In this document: piece after piece, positions 1-14,606 of the stretch | Numbering within the stretch: position 1 is the first letter of the stretch | How the letters are laid out: every line of letters starts with the position of its first letter | NCBI RefSeq assembly: GCF_009914755.1 | Contig: NC_060933.1 | Length of the DNA: 64,000 nt | DNA from: the human T2T-CHM13v2.0 reference genome, Homo sapiens | Reading direction: 5' to 3' (one strand) | Position numbers and translations under genes: made by a program | Notes under the pieces: model-generated | The model's input: only the letters and a program-made list of their open reading frames with translations | Told to the model about the DNA's origin: nothing | The model's database searches: none

Positions 1-2110
1 AAAAAACTGGTCACTTCCAAATGGCCCAATAGGAACAGCTCCAGTCTGCAACTCCCAGTGAGATTGATGCAGAAGACAGGTGATTTCTGCACTTCCAACT
101 GAGGTGCCTGGTTCATTTCACTGGAACTGGTTGAACAGTGGGGGCAGCCCACAGAGGGTGAGCTGAAGCAGGGCGAGGTGTCACCTCACCCGGGAAATGC
201 AAGGTTGGGGAGGATTTCCCTTTCCTAGCCAAGGGAAGCCACAACAGACTGTAGCTGGAGAAAGGGTACACTCATGACCAAATAGTGCCCTTTTCCAACA
301 GTCTTAGCAACCGCAGACCAGGAGATACCCTCCTTTGCCTGGCTAGGCAGGTCCCATGCCCAAGGAGCCTTGCTCACTACTAGCGCAGCAGTCTGAGATC
401 GACCGGCTACGCAGCAGCTTGATGGGGGGAGGGGCATCCACCATTGCTGAGGCTTGAGTAGCTCACAGTGTAAACAAAGAGGCTAGGAAGCACAAACTGG
501 GTGGAGTCCACCGCAGCTCAACAAGGCCCACCAGCCTTTGTAGACTCCACCTCTAGCGGCAGGGCATAGTAGAACAAAAGGCAGCAGACAACTTCTGCAG
601 ACTTAAACGTCCCTGTCTGACAACTCTAAAGAGAGCAGTGGTTCTCTCAGCACGGCATTCGAGCTTTGGGAATGGACAGACTGCCTCCTCAAGCAGGTCC
701 CTGACCCCTGTGTAGCCTGACTGGGAAACACCTCCCAGTAGGGGCTGACAGACACTTCAAACAGGCAGGTGCCCCTCTGGGATGAAGCTTCCAGAGGAAA
801 GATCAGGCAGTAATATTTGCTGTTCTGTAGCCTCCACTGGTGATACCCAGGCAAATAGGTTCTAGAGTGGACTTCTGGCAAACTCCAACACACCTGCAGC
901 TGAGGGGTCTGACTGTTAGAAGGAAAACTAATAAACGGAAATGAATAGCATCAACATCAACAAAAAGGACATCCACAACAAAACCCCATTTGTAGGTCAC
1001 CAACATCAAAGACCAAAAGTAGATAAAACCGCAAAGATAGGGAGAAACCAGAGCAGAAAAGCTGAAAATTCCAAAAAACAGAGCACCACTTCTCCAAAGG
1101 ATCACACCTTCTCAGCAGCAAGGGAACAAAACTGGACAGAGAATGAGTTCGACAAGTTGACAGAAGTAGGCTTCAGAAGGTTGGTAATAACAAACTTCTC
1201 CTAGCTAAAGGAGCATGTTCTAACCCATCCCAAGTAAGTTAAAAACCTTGAAAAAAAGTTAGACGAATGGCTAACTAGAATAAACAGTGTAGAGAAGATC
1301 TTAAATGACCTGATGGAGCTGAAAACCATGCCATGAGAACTTCGTGACGCATGCACAAGCTTCAATTGCTGATTCGATCAAGTGGAAGAAAGGATATCAG
1401 TGATTGAAGATCAAATTAATGAAATAAAGTGAGAAGACAAGATTAGAGAAAAAAGAGTGAAAAGAAATGAACAAAGCCTCCAAGAAATATGGGACTATGT
1501 GAAAAGAACAAATATACGTTAGTTTGGTGTACTGGAAGTGACGGGGAGAATGGAACCAAGTTAGAAAACACTCTTCAGGATATTATCCACGAGAACTTCC
1601 CTAATCTAGCAAGGCAGGCCAACATTCAAATTCAGGAAATACAGAGACCACCACAAAGATACTCCTCGAGAAGAGCAACCCCAAGACACATAATTGTCAG
1701 ATTCACCAAGGTTGAAATGAAGGAAAAAATGTTAAGGGCAGCCAGAGAGAAAGGTCAGGTTACCAACAAAGGGAAGCCCATCAGACTAACAGCGGATCTC
1801 TCGGCAGAAACTCTACAAGCCAGAGGAGAGCGGGGGCCAATATTCAACATTCTTAAAGAAAAGAATTTTCAACCATCAGCTAGAATTTTCAACAATCAGA
1901 ATCTCATATCCAGCCAAACTAAGCTTCATAAGTGAAGGAGAAATAAAATCCTTTACAGACAAGAAAATGCTGAGAGATTTTGTCACCATCAGGGCTGCCT
2001 TACAAGATTTCCTGAAGGAAGCACTAAACATGGAAAGGAACAACCAGTACCAGCCACTGCAAAAACGTGCCAAATGGTAAAGACCATCAATGCTATGAAG
2101 AAACTGCATC

Positions 2111-2423
<313 letters not shown>

Positions 2424-3306
2424 AAGAAACTGCATCAATTAACAGGCAAAATAACCAGCTAACATCATAATGATGGGATCAAATTTAAACATAACAATAT
2501 TAACCTTAAATGTAAATGAGCTAAATACCCCAACTAAAAGAGACAGACTGGCAAACTGGATAAAGAGTCAAGACCCCTTGGTGTGCTGTATTCAGGAGAC
2601 CCATCTCATGTGCAAAGACACACATAGGCTCAAAACAAAGGGATGGAGGAAGATCTACCAAGGAAACGGAGAGAAAAAAAAAAAATGCAGGAGTTGCAAT
2701 CCTAGTCTCTGATAAAACAGACTTTAAATCAACAAAGATCAAAAGAGACAAAGAAGGCCACTACATAATGGTAAAGGGATCAATTCACCAAGAAGAGCTC
2801 ACTATCCTAAATATATATGGACCCAATACAGGAGCACCCAGATTCATAAAACAAGTCCTTAGAGACATATAAAGAGACTTAGACTCCCACACAATAATAA
2901 TGGGAGACTTTAACACCCCACTGTCAATAATAGACAGATCAATGAGACAGAAGGTTAACAAGGATATCCAGGACTTGAACTCAGCTCTGCACCAAGCAGA
3001 CCTAATAGACATCTACAAAATTCTACGCCCCAAATCAACAGAATATACATTCTTCTCAGCACCTCATCGCATTTATTATAAAATTGACCACATAATTTGT
3101 AGTAAAACACTCCTCAGCAAATGCAAAAGAACAGATATCACAACAAACTGTCTCTCAGACCACAGTGCAATCAAATTAGAACTCAGGATTAAGAAACTCA
3201 CTCAAAACTGCACAACTACATGGAAACTGAACAACCTGCTCCTGAATGACTACTGGGTAAGTAACGAAATGAAGGCATAAATAAAGAAGTTCTTTGAAAC
3301 CAATGA

Positions 3307-3767
<461 letters not shown>

Positions 3768-5713
3768 TTAGAGAGGCAAGAGCAAACAAATTCAAAAGCT
3801 AGCTAGCAGAAGGCAAGAAATAACTAAGATCAGAGCAGAACTGAAGGAGATAGAGAGACAAAAAAAAAAAAAAAACCTTCAAAACATCAATGAATCCAGG
3901 AGCTGGTTTTTTGAAAAGATCAACAAAATAGATAGACCACTAGCAACACTAATTAAGAAGAAAAGAGAGAAGAATCAAAGAGATGCAATGAAAAATGATA
4001 AAGGGGGTATCACCACTGATCCCACAGAAATACAAACTACCATCAGAGAATACTATGAACACCTCTACGCAAATAAACTAGAAAATCTAGAAGAAATGGA
4101 TAAATTCCTGGACATGTATACCCTCCCAAGACTAAACCAGGAAGAAGTTGAATCTCTGAATACACCAATAACAGGTTCTGAAATTGAGGCAATAATTAAT
4201 AGCCTACCGACCAAAAAATGTCCAGGACCAGATGGATTCACAGCCAAATTCTACCAGAGGTATAAAAAGGAGCTGGTACCATTCCTTCTGAAACTATTTC
4301 CATCAACAGAAAAAGAGGGAATCCTCCCTAACTCATTTTATGGGGCTAGCATCATCCTGAAAGCCTGGTAGAGACACAATAAAAAAAGAGATTTTAGGCC
4401 AATACCCTGATGAACATCGATGAGAAAATCCTCAATAAATCACGCTACTATAAAGACACATGCACACATATGTTTATTGTGGCACTATTCACAATAGCAA
4501 AGACCAACCCAAATGTCCATCAATGATAGACTGGATTAAGAAAACGTGGCACATATACACCATGGAATACTATGCAGCCATAAAAAAGGATGAGTTCATG
4601 TCCTTTGCAGGGACATGGATGAAGTTGGAAACCATCATTCTAAGCAAACTCTCACAAGAACAGAAAACCAAACACTGCATGTTCTCACCCATAGGTGGGA
4701 ATTGAACAATGAGAACACATGGACACAGGGTGGGGAACATCACACACAGGGGCATCTAGGGGGGTGGGGGGCTGTGGGAGGGATAGCATTAGGAGAAATA
4801 CCTAATACAAATGATGAGTTGATGGGTGCGGCAAACCAACATGGCACATATATACCTGTGTAACAAACCTGCACGTTGTGCACATGTACCCTAGAACTTA
4901 AAGTATAATAAACAAACAAAGAAAAATAAATAAATAAACTGGTGCAACCTCTTTGGAGGGCACAATTTTGCAGTATCTATTAATATGAAAAATGTATTTA
5001 TCCTTGACTAAGTAATTCCCATTCTAGAAATGTATATTATGAAAATACATGCACAGTATGCAAATGTATACAAGTATAAGGGTGTCCATTGTAGTATTAT
5101 TTGTGTTAATGAAAAAAATGGGATGAAGGCAAATGTCTATTATAAGAGATAGGATAAAAAATTTAGTGTATACTCATATATTGAAATAATATTAAGTCAA
5201 TTAAAAAAACAAAACTGATCTACGTGTGTGGAAATGAAATTATTTCCCAATTTAATTTGTTGAAATTTTAAAAAGTAAGACTCACAGTGGTGTGCAGGTG
5301 TACTCCCTTTTTTATAAGGAAAGATGCATATATGTACATATGTTTGTATGTGCAGAAGTAGACTGGCTTTCATTTTTATACGCTTTTGTACTCTGAAGCT
5401 TTCTATATGAAGTGCATGTATTACTTTTTCAATAAAAAATCTAATCAATAAAAGATTTTTAAAAATTGAATAAAGAAATTTATAGGACAAACCAAACCCT
5501 AGCAGAAAAAATAGTATTGTCCCCTGGATAACTGGTGCTGGAAGCCTGGCTAGAAATAAGGTTTATTTTGTTGAATTTACATCATTATTGGTCTCAATGT
5601 AACACATGGAAGGTGGCATTGGATAATTTTAAACAGACAGCAGATTGGAACAATTTATTTCACCAATACTTGATGCTTTGTTATGGAGCAAGTTGAGGGG
5701 TCACTGAATGTGC

Positions 5714-6010
<297 letters not shown>

Positions 6011-6369
6011 TGATTCTCATTCTTAATGTTGTACACTTTCAAGTGATTCATACATCACAGTAAGGATAAAGGCAATGATAATATTCTTCTACTAAAACAC
6101 AAGAAAACAAGATCACAGTATTAACCAGAAGCTTAAAATTTAATCTCATTCTATGTTCTCTATTGAGTAAACTTCTATCCTGGAAGCAAATATTTTAGTG
6201 ATGCGTATGAAGGGGAGGACTACAAAACAAAATGGTGGACTTCTTACTAATGGTCACAGATAAATCAACCCATGAGAAAATGCGCTCATGCACTTTTCTT
6301 CACATAAGATGACAGAAGGAAATACCATTTCTCTGGCCTCTGCCTGTTCATAGGTTCCGCCTCATCCTA

Positions 6370-7432
6370 CAACACTGATAAAGAAGAAAAAGGAGAAGAT
6401 TCAAATAAACACAATCCAAATGATAAGGGGGATACTACCACTGAACCCACAGAAATACAAACAACCATCAGAGAACACTACAAACACCTCTATGCAAATA
6501 AACTGGAAAATCTAGAAGAAATGGGTACATTCCTGGACACATACACCCTCTCAAGACTGAACCAGGAAGAAGCTGAATCCCTGAATAGACAATGAGTTCT
6601 GAAATTGAGGCAGTAATGAACAGCCTACTAACCAAAAACAGCCCAGATCCTGATGGATTTACAGCTGAATTCTACCAGAAGTACAAAGAAGAGCTGGTAC
6701 CATTTCTTCTGAAATGATTCGAAACAACTGAAAAGGAGGGACCTCTCCCTAACTCATTCTATGAGGACAGCATCATCCTGATACCAAAACCTGGCAGACA
6801 TACAACAAAAAAAAGAAAACTTCAGGCCAATATCCCTGATGAACATCGATGCAAAAATCCTCAATAAACACTGGCAAGCAAAATCCAGCAGCACATCAAA
6901 AAGCTTATCCACCCCAATCAAGACGGCTTTATCCCCAGGATGCAAGGTTGGTACAACATACACAAATCAATAAATGTGATTCATCGCATAAACAGAACTA
7001 AAGACAAAAACCATATGATTATCTTAACAGATGCACAAAACACCTTTGATAAAATTCAACATCGCTTCATGTTAAAAACTCTCAATAAACTAAGTATTGA
7101 AGGAACACACTTCAAAATAATAAGAGCCATTTATGACAAACCCACAGCCAATAGCATACTGAATGGGCAAAAGCTGGAAGCATTCCCCTTGAAAACCAGC
7201 ACAAGACAAGGATGCCCTCTCTCACCAGTCCTGTTCAACATAGTGTTGGAAGTTCTAGCCAGGTCAGTCAGGCAAGAGAAAGAAATAAAGGGTATTCGAA
7301 TAGGAAGAAAGGTCAAATTGTGTTTGTTTGCAGATGACATGGTCCTATTTCTAGAAAACCCAATTGACTCAGCCCAAAAGCTTCTTAAGTTGAGAAGCAA
7401 CTTCAGCAAAATCTCAGAATACAAAATCAAAT
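6370..7432 (+). mobile_element. L1PA ORF2 internal fragment (RT domain), truncated at both ends
   Basis: ORF 6940-7446 contains RT motifs QGCPLSP and LFADDM; no 3' UTR or polyA. Confidence 0.9.
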
Positions 7433-8075
7433 TTACAGACATTTGATGGAGGAGATTAACTTGTCATTCAACTGTATTTCTTCTATAAATGCTGGGTAAA
7501 ATGCATGTGTATATACATAGATGGAACCAGTAAAATAGCAAGTTGATAGCTATGTCAATTTACTTTTCTAACAAGTGTTCATACTATTTCAGTAATTTTG
7601 CTTACAGAAATAGTAAATTCTAAAGAAGTGAACATAAGGTATGTTCCCTCATTATACTATTTCTTCTGTAATATATGATATGGATGTTTGTTCTCTCCTC
7701 CATTATGTCTATACGTTTTTCTCCTTAAAAAGTAACTTAAGTTTTATGGACACTAGAACTGAGATCAGAACCAGAGCCTGAAAAGTACTTGAGTTCCCTT
7801 CAGACTCTGCTAGGAAAAAAAGAAATTAAAAAGGAAAAAAAATACTTGAGTTTACTTCAACTAAATTAAATTGGTTTAGTGTCCAAACTGATGGTTTGCA
7901 ATGAGTAGTTCAATATGCAACAAAAACCTTTTGAAATCTATTAGGAAAGTTCAAGTTGTATGGCTTTATGTATATCCAATCTAAGAGTTAATATCAATAA
8001 AAACATTTTGGTCCACCTCATGTAACTGTTGTTAGGTACTGTATTGTTATTATGTATGGTTAAAGTGGCAAAGGT

Positions 8076-8081
8076 TTTATT
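8076..8081 (-). terminator. RLN1: RLN1 polyadenylation signal AATAAA
   Basis: TTTATT on + strand about 260 nt past the stop codon. Confidence 0.7.
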
Positions 8082-8343
8082 GTAATTTTAAGTTAACAGC
8101 ATTAAAAAGAATCAACACAATTATACTGTTAATAAAAAGACAAAAAGACTTCAGCATAGAAAGTGTCATTTACAGAAACTACAATCATACAAAGAATATT
8201 TTCTTACACACCAAATGAAAAATCTAAACATTAATAAAGATTTCTTATATTCTAATAATTAGTGGGACCTGACAGAAGCATCAGTGAAATGTCATCAAGA
8301 CTATGTGTGAAAATTAGACAAGATGTGCACAATTAGCTTCATC

Positions 8344-8690
8344 TCAGCAATATTTAGCAAGAGACCTTTTGGTACAACCAATTAGGCAACATTTCTCAAA
8401 CAGTGCCACGTAGGGTCGTCTCTTTTTTTGAGAATGAGTATCCAAGCCTAAGTATTTTAATTCTGAAGGATTGCTGTCTGCGGCTTCACTTTGCCTATTG
8501 CGAATAAGTTTCTTAAATTCTTCAAAGCTAAGATTGGAATCCTTTAATGCAGGTACATACTGCTGTAGCTCTGGTAATGATGGTTGCCTCTCAGATAGGG
8601 CTGCCTTCAGCTCCGGTGGCAAATTAGCAATGAATTCCAACATGATAATTATAGTTTCTGTATCTTTGTTGATGAAGGATGGTACAATTT
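8344..8690 (-). CDS. RLN1: Preprorelaxin H1, coding exon 2 (C peptide and A chain)
   Basis: Acceptor TTTTAAACTTAACAG|AAATT. Reads [20 protein letters not shown]...[31 protein letters not shown] with the insulin-family CCxxxCxxxxxxxxC A chain. 211+347 nt = 185 aa + stop. Confidence 0.98.
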
Positions 8691-10079
8691 CTGTTAAGTT
8701 TAAAAAAAAAGTGTATGTGAAGGCGTATTCATGTCAAAGAGCATTCAGAAAAACTGTGAATGTTTGCATACACAAAGAAAAGAAAGCATTGCCTCAATAT
8801 AAATTAAACATTGAAACACAAAAGCATCCTAATATCTAAACACTTAGCTTTCTTACAGTTGGACACCTTAAAGTACCATAATTTTACCAAGGCTCTGCTT
8901 TACCCCATTGGTCCTCTCTCGTCTCTCTTCATTATCCCCTCAGTGCTTTTATCATAGTACTTTTGACTCTCCCTGACATTACTCTGTCATCTTTCTGAAG
9001 TCATGTAAGTCATTGGAAACAGTTTGGCCACAGATAGTGGTCATTTTCTTGGATTCTTCTTACTTAACTCGTTTTCTTCCATTGCTAAGCTATGATTTCT
9101 GATATTACGAGTTGTAGTAACAACGCTTGAAAAAGATATTATTTTAAGCTACTCAATGTTTCGTGGTGGGAATTTACTCCTGGAGGATAAAGTTAAAGAG
9201 GCAGCATTTCCAACACCTGTAATCTAATCAGCAGGAGAAGGAAATCTCTGATGTTCCTCAATCATCTATTTAACAATTTGTCTTCCCCAGACTAATTACT
9301 CCAAATCAATAGTATTTTATATGAAAGAGAGAAGTGGGTTAAAAGATCACTAACCAAAAATCACTGATTTAAGAAGAGATTCATATGTGCTGTGGTGTAA
9401 GTGTACTGACTAATGTTTTCTGTCTGATGTTTGTTCCAAGGCTGCAGATCATGCACTATGCAAGATCTGTGTGATTCCTAGGAAGGGCCTGTTCTTACAC
9501 AGCATCCCAGGCTGGCCAAATGTGAAGGCTGGGACTTGGGCTGGGAACCTGCTGGACACCCAGCTGACATCTTACTCCATCTTTGTACCCATTCAGCTCA
9601 GTTGAACATTCATTACCTGTTTTTGTGTCTCTGGCACTGCCAGTTAAAAGATATAAATTTTTAAAAATGTTTCTTGCTGTCAAAAAACTTACAGTGAGCT
9701 AAACTCTCTCCTAACCTTAATTATCCTAATTATACAATTTAAGAGTTTTATTTCACAAAGAAATAAACACTGACAATGTTTAAATTATAGTGTAAACTCA
9801 GATCAGGTCTTGCTGCTCTTCTTCTTGGACAGGAAAACTATCCAATACCAAGGCATTACTCTTGAAATAATGAAAAGAAAGAGAAGAGAGGAGTAAATCT
9901 AAGTGCGGGAGGCAGACACCTGGTTAACCACTGATGCCTGCTGATCAGAGGAAACCACGACCCTTCACCTAGACAGCGGTAGTTCTGGGGCTGATCATTT
10001 CCTGAGTTTTGTGGCAAAAGAATCAGTTGTTCTCCTTTTACCAACAACAAACTTCAACAGTTGGAGTTTGACAGAGCAA

Positions 10080-10081
<2 letters not shown>

Positions 10082-10112
<31 letters not shown>

Positions 10113-10113
10113 A
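10082..10113. repeat. (AAAAC)n microsatellite in the RLN1 intron
   Basis: aaaaacaaaacaaaacaaaacaaaacaaaa. Confidence 0.9.
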
Positions 10114-12354
10114 CCTGTAGTATTTTGTCTTTGCCCCTAACACTCTCGCTCATCCACATTCTAAACTGGAAATGACAGATGAGAATTTATATCATTTTTG
10201 GTTAAATGACAGGTTTTGGCATTTTCCCTCATTAAGACATCCTAAGTTTAATTCAATTTCCTCATAAAAACGTCTCTGTGCTCCAACCTAAACTGTCTGT
10301 AGTTGCAGTCTTATTAAATGCTGAAAAAAGCTGATGGTAATTTTCTGTATACTTAAAGCCAGTTAAATGAATCAGCCAAAACAGTTATAGATTGTATTCA
10401 GTTTATTCATAGGCTGTGTGTTTTGAACTTTTATTAAAATTATATTTTTAAACCTGTTTTGAAATATTTCATAATCCATAACACTTTTAGCTATGGAACC
10501 TAGGCTCAGAGAAAATATTCTGTCTGAATTCATACAAATACCCTTAATTCACTGTATTTTGGATGCAAATCTTACTGAAATAGATCTCTGGTTTAAAGCG
10601 GATCTTATTTTTAAAAGGGATGCAGTGAATATTATTTTGGCACACATTGTAAGATAAAATGGTTATCTAACAGTGTAATAACGTGAAAGCAAGTAGCAAT
10701 TACCTAACAGTATAAGTCTGAAAACTCATATTAATCACAAATTACTGACATGTACTTCCAAAGCGATTCCTACCAAGTAACGGTAAACATTTATCTTAAT
10801 CCCACGTGCAGGCAATATTTTCTGAGGTTACTTTCAGTTAAATTATACTGCATAGCAATAAAGAAAATTCTTTAAAAATACTTTGAAATCTCATGTCTCT
10901 TCTAAAGAAATAAAAGTGTAGCTAAATATCTATATACAAATGTGATTAATGATTTTCAGCAACAATTTAGAAATAAACTAAATATCCACCAAAGAATCTT
11001 TAAGTTTATGTGGCAGATTTATGACAAAAATACTACACAGGAATTTCAAATTATGTTTTGGGATAATAACAATGTGAGAAACTGCTCAAAGTATAATGGT
11101 GAGTGAAAATGCAAAAGATATATACATATACCTATCCAAATGTTAACATTTCTTTCCACTTACTTGTTTAATATAATTTCATTTTCTCATAAAATTCACA
11201 TATACTTTTCAAAGTCCTTAATATCTACGAGTGCTTCTCATTTTTCACCCTGCATTAATGTACATTTGTCTTTAATATGAGCATTACTACTTTTATAGTC
11301 AGAAAATGTGGAATAATAAAGCAAATGCAATGCAATCCGGTCTTCTCTACTTTTTATCACTAAATTCCTAGACGTTGTGGTATTTTTGTACTAATGTTAT
11401 ACAAAAGTCATGTAAAAACTGCCATTAAATAAATCAAACTCTAACAATGTAGAAAAGTAAATAACTTTAGAAGCATACTTTAAATCTCATAAAAGAGAAG
11501 TAAATGTATTTCTGTTAGAGTCATTTATATATAGTATATGCATATAGCCTATAAAATTTAGTTGCGGTTTATCATAAATTACATGTCATACTAATACAAA
11601 ACACTTAGTATTTGCAACTGCGGTTACTTTCTCTGAATTTAATATGACCCGTTACACTTCTTAGACTAGTATATACCTCCATGAGTTTCCACTGCTACTT
11701 TATAAATACTAAAATATTTTTAAAAGCCATTTCAGATTGAGCTGTACTCAACTCTAAGAGCTTGCCTTTAAAGCAAACCCACTGCAGCTTCCAAATGCTT
11801 GAAAGCATCAGTAGGGTCTTCAGCTATGATGGTCTGAACGGCCTGCTTTCCTTGTCTCTGGTCCTCTTGAGTTTCTCCTAAAGGCATTCAAGCCTTTCCT
11901 TTCTCTTCCATCCCCTGCCTCACAAATGAACTTCAATACCCAGATCAAAGAAGCGGGAGGTCAGACTCTTTCCTTTGGGATTTTCTGTTTGTTTATTTTA
12001 AAGAACGTTTCCAATGGCAAAGGCCACAGCCCAACTTCTGGACTAGGAGAGTCATTAAGTGTAAGGCCCTTCCTGTCTTCCCATCACGGGACCCTCACAG
12101 AGACCTCAGAGTGTTGCCCCGTCCTACAGGCGCGCAAACAGGCTTGATAACTAGCGCGCCGCCTCAGTGTTTGTCCCCTCTCCTCTCTATCCGAGAAGCC
12201 CTGTTCAGGTGCCCCCACCAGCACGCCCGCTGTCTGGCCGCCTGGCTTTCCTGTGGGGTGCAGGAGTGCGCCCGGCCTCCTGCGGGTCTCCGGGCGGCGT
12301 CACCTCCTCTGAGGCTTCCCCTCCCTTTCCACCCCGTCGCTCTGACTGCCTTAC

Positions 12355-12455
12355 GGAAAGGGCACCAAGGAACTCTCGGGTGAAGCAGCTTCCTGTTCTC
12401 AGTGCTTTCCCTCCGTCCGGTGAGATTCCCAGTGAGACTGTTTGAATAAAATCAC
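12355..12455 (-). CDS. RLN1: RLN1 alternative 101-nt cassette exon (frameshifted isoform lacking the A chain)
   Basis: Acceptor TTTTCCTTTGCCAG|GTGAT and donor CTTTCC|GTAAGG, exactly 101 nt. Encodes [34 protein letters not shown], matching my recollection of the known relaxin splice variant. Confidence 0.85.
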
Positions 12456-12628
12456 CTGGCAAAGGAAAAGCCCAAACTTTAGGGACCAGCCACGGCTGAG
12501 TAGGGGCTGAGCGGTGGCAGCCAATGAGATCTCGAGTCGGACGTGCAGGCCGCCGTTCCAATTGGGCGGCCGCCCCAGAGTAACCAATGGGAAGCGCGGG
12601 AAGGCCGGGAGGGGGCGGGAGCTCTCAC

Positions 12629-12839
12629 CTGCCACTGGTCTAGGTGTCTGAGGAGCATCTTCCTGGCTCAGAGACCTTTTGCTCCAGGTGCTCATGCCGC
12701 AAATGGCAATCTGCGCGCGAACTAATTCGCGGCCGCATAATTTAATAACATCGTCCTTCCATTTGGCCGCGACTGCTCTGGAAAATTGGTTCAGTAGTAA
12801 ACAGAATTCTAGCAGGTGGAACAAGAACAGGCGAGGCAT
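12629..12839 (-). CDS. RLN1: Preprorelaxin H1, coding exon 1 (signal peptide, B chain, start of C peptide)
   Basis: ATG at 12839-12837. Translates [55 protein letters not shown]..., with the relaxin RxxxRxxI receptor-binding cassette and the H1-type B chain KWKDDVIK. Ends at phase-1 donor GCAG|GTGAGA (211 nt). Confidence 0.98.
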
Positions 12840-13150
12840 CCTGGGCCTGGTCTCTCCTGGAGGTCTGGGTGTTGCAGCCTTTCAGGACTGCGGCTGCTGT
12901 GGCCTACACACCTGGGCCTGTGTGCCTGTCCCGGGCTTTAGGCTGCTTTCCCTACCCGGCTCAACCAGTCTTTAGTATGGGCTATCACTCAGCTTTTAAG
13001 GCAAGGTTGCCAGCTCCACCCCTTTCCCACACCCCTCCACAGAATTTTCTCCTTCAGCTCTTGTTCTGCCTCTCCGCCCTTCCTTCATTTGCCCATTCCT
13101 CTGTCCTTGGCCCTTTTACAGTTTTGTTTTTCGCTCTTTTGTTACCCTGA
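12840..13150 (-). promoter_or_regulatory. RLN1: RLN1 5' UTR and proximal promoter
   Basis: Immediately upstream of the ATG. TATA-like CCTTAAAAG at ~12993-13001 (minus strand). TSS cannot be determined from sequence alone. Confidence 0.5.
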
Positions 13151-13601
13151 AACAACTTTGTATACTTAGGTAAAGTTATTTTAGATATGAAGCCTTTCTT
13201 TTTACATACACAGAAATAAAACTGAGATCGCCAATATTCTTACAACCCAGTTTTCCAGAGTGAACATTTGCCAAAAACCCTTCTAACCTAAATAGGATTA
13301 TAGATTACCTTATAAATTGGATTAATTAGTATAATGTTGGGCATATCAATCCATAAAAATATAATGGATGAATGAATAAATTGTTGATGAGAGGGAAAAC
13401 TGATGACTTTTAATCTGAATCCAGGTAAAAAGATTAAAATCCCCAGTAACATCATTTTAGGCTTGTGCAGTAATGTCTTTAATTTACAAAACAATTTCTC
13501 CATTGGACTTTCCTTCCACTCCTGTGGGAGAAGTTTGATTGTAACTAGTTGTCTAAATATTTTAATTTAAAATTCTAGTCTATGTCTCTGGAGACTGGAG
13601 A

Positions 13602-13672
13602 ACACACCACACACACAGAGAGAGAGAAAGAGAGAGAGAAAAGAAGAAGAGAAAGAAGAAGGGGAAAAAAAG
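13602..13672. repeat. Compound (CA)n/(GA)n/purine-rich microsatellite in the RLN1 upstream region
   Basis: acacaccacacacacagagagagagaaagagagagagaaaagaagaaga... Confidence 0.85.
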
Positions 13673-14310
13673 CAGTGGACATCCCACACTCCCAGAAATA
13701 ATATTTTGATAACAAATTACAGCACAAGGATATGTTCATTTGTTTACTGTATTTTGTGTTTGCTGCACCTGGTTAGAGGTGATTCTTTTTTTATTACCAC
13801 CACCTAATTTAGCATTTTAAAGATCCACACAGTTCTAGATAATATGGTTAGTAGACGACCCTTCTACCTGTAAATTTTTAGTACAAATAGGTTCATTTTT
13901 AAAAATAACTTACTTGCTTGTGTTCATAATATACTCAGATTAGTTCAGCTCCATCAGATAAACTGGAGACATGCAGGACGTTATGGTAGCTTTGAAATAA
14001 AATAATAACAATCTCTTAGTTACAAACATAACTATGGAATCAAGTAATTCTAATTTCTAGATTGCTGGTGATTTCAGTAGGCCCACTTAACATTGGTCAA
14101 ATGCCAAGCAATGTGTAATTCTTCAAAAAATACCTGACCAAAGCTATGAGATGGTTAGAGGCAATTAATGATTTTAAATGGATTTTCACTAAAACACACA
14201 GTTTGAGAAAGGCCTCTCAAAACTGAGGTTTGAAAATATTTTCGTGGGTTAACAGTCCTTGTAAAAACAATCCACGTGCTAGGCTGTACTCCAAATTAAT
14301 TGCTCATTAA

Positions 14311-14606
<296 letters not shown>

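Larger units (their letters stand above)
12100..12960. promoter_or_regulatory. CpG-rich island over RLN1 exon 1 and the 5' part of the intron
   Basis: Dense CpG/GC content (GGCGCGC, GCGCGCG, GGGCGG boxes) against AT-rich flanks. Confidence 0.7.

Noticed and set aside
12399-12628. C-terminal extension of the 146-aa ORF beyond RLN1 exon 1
   Set aside because: Read-through past the canonical donor at 12629/12628 into the intron.
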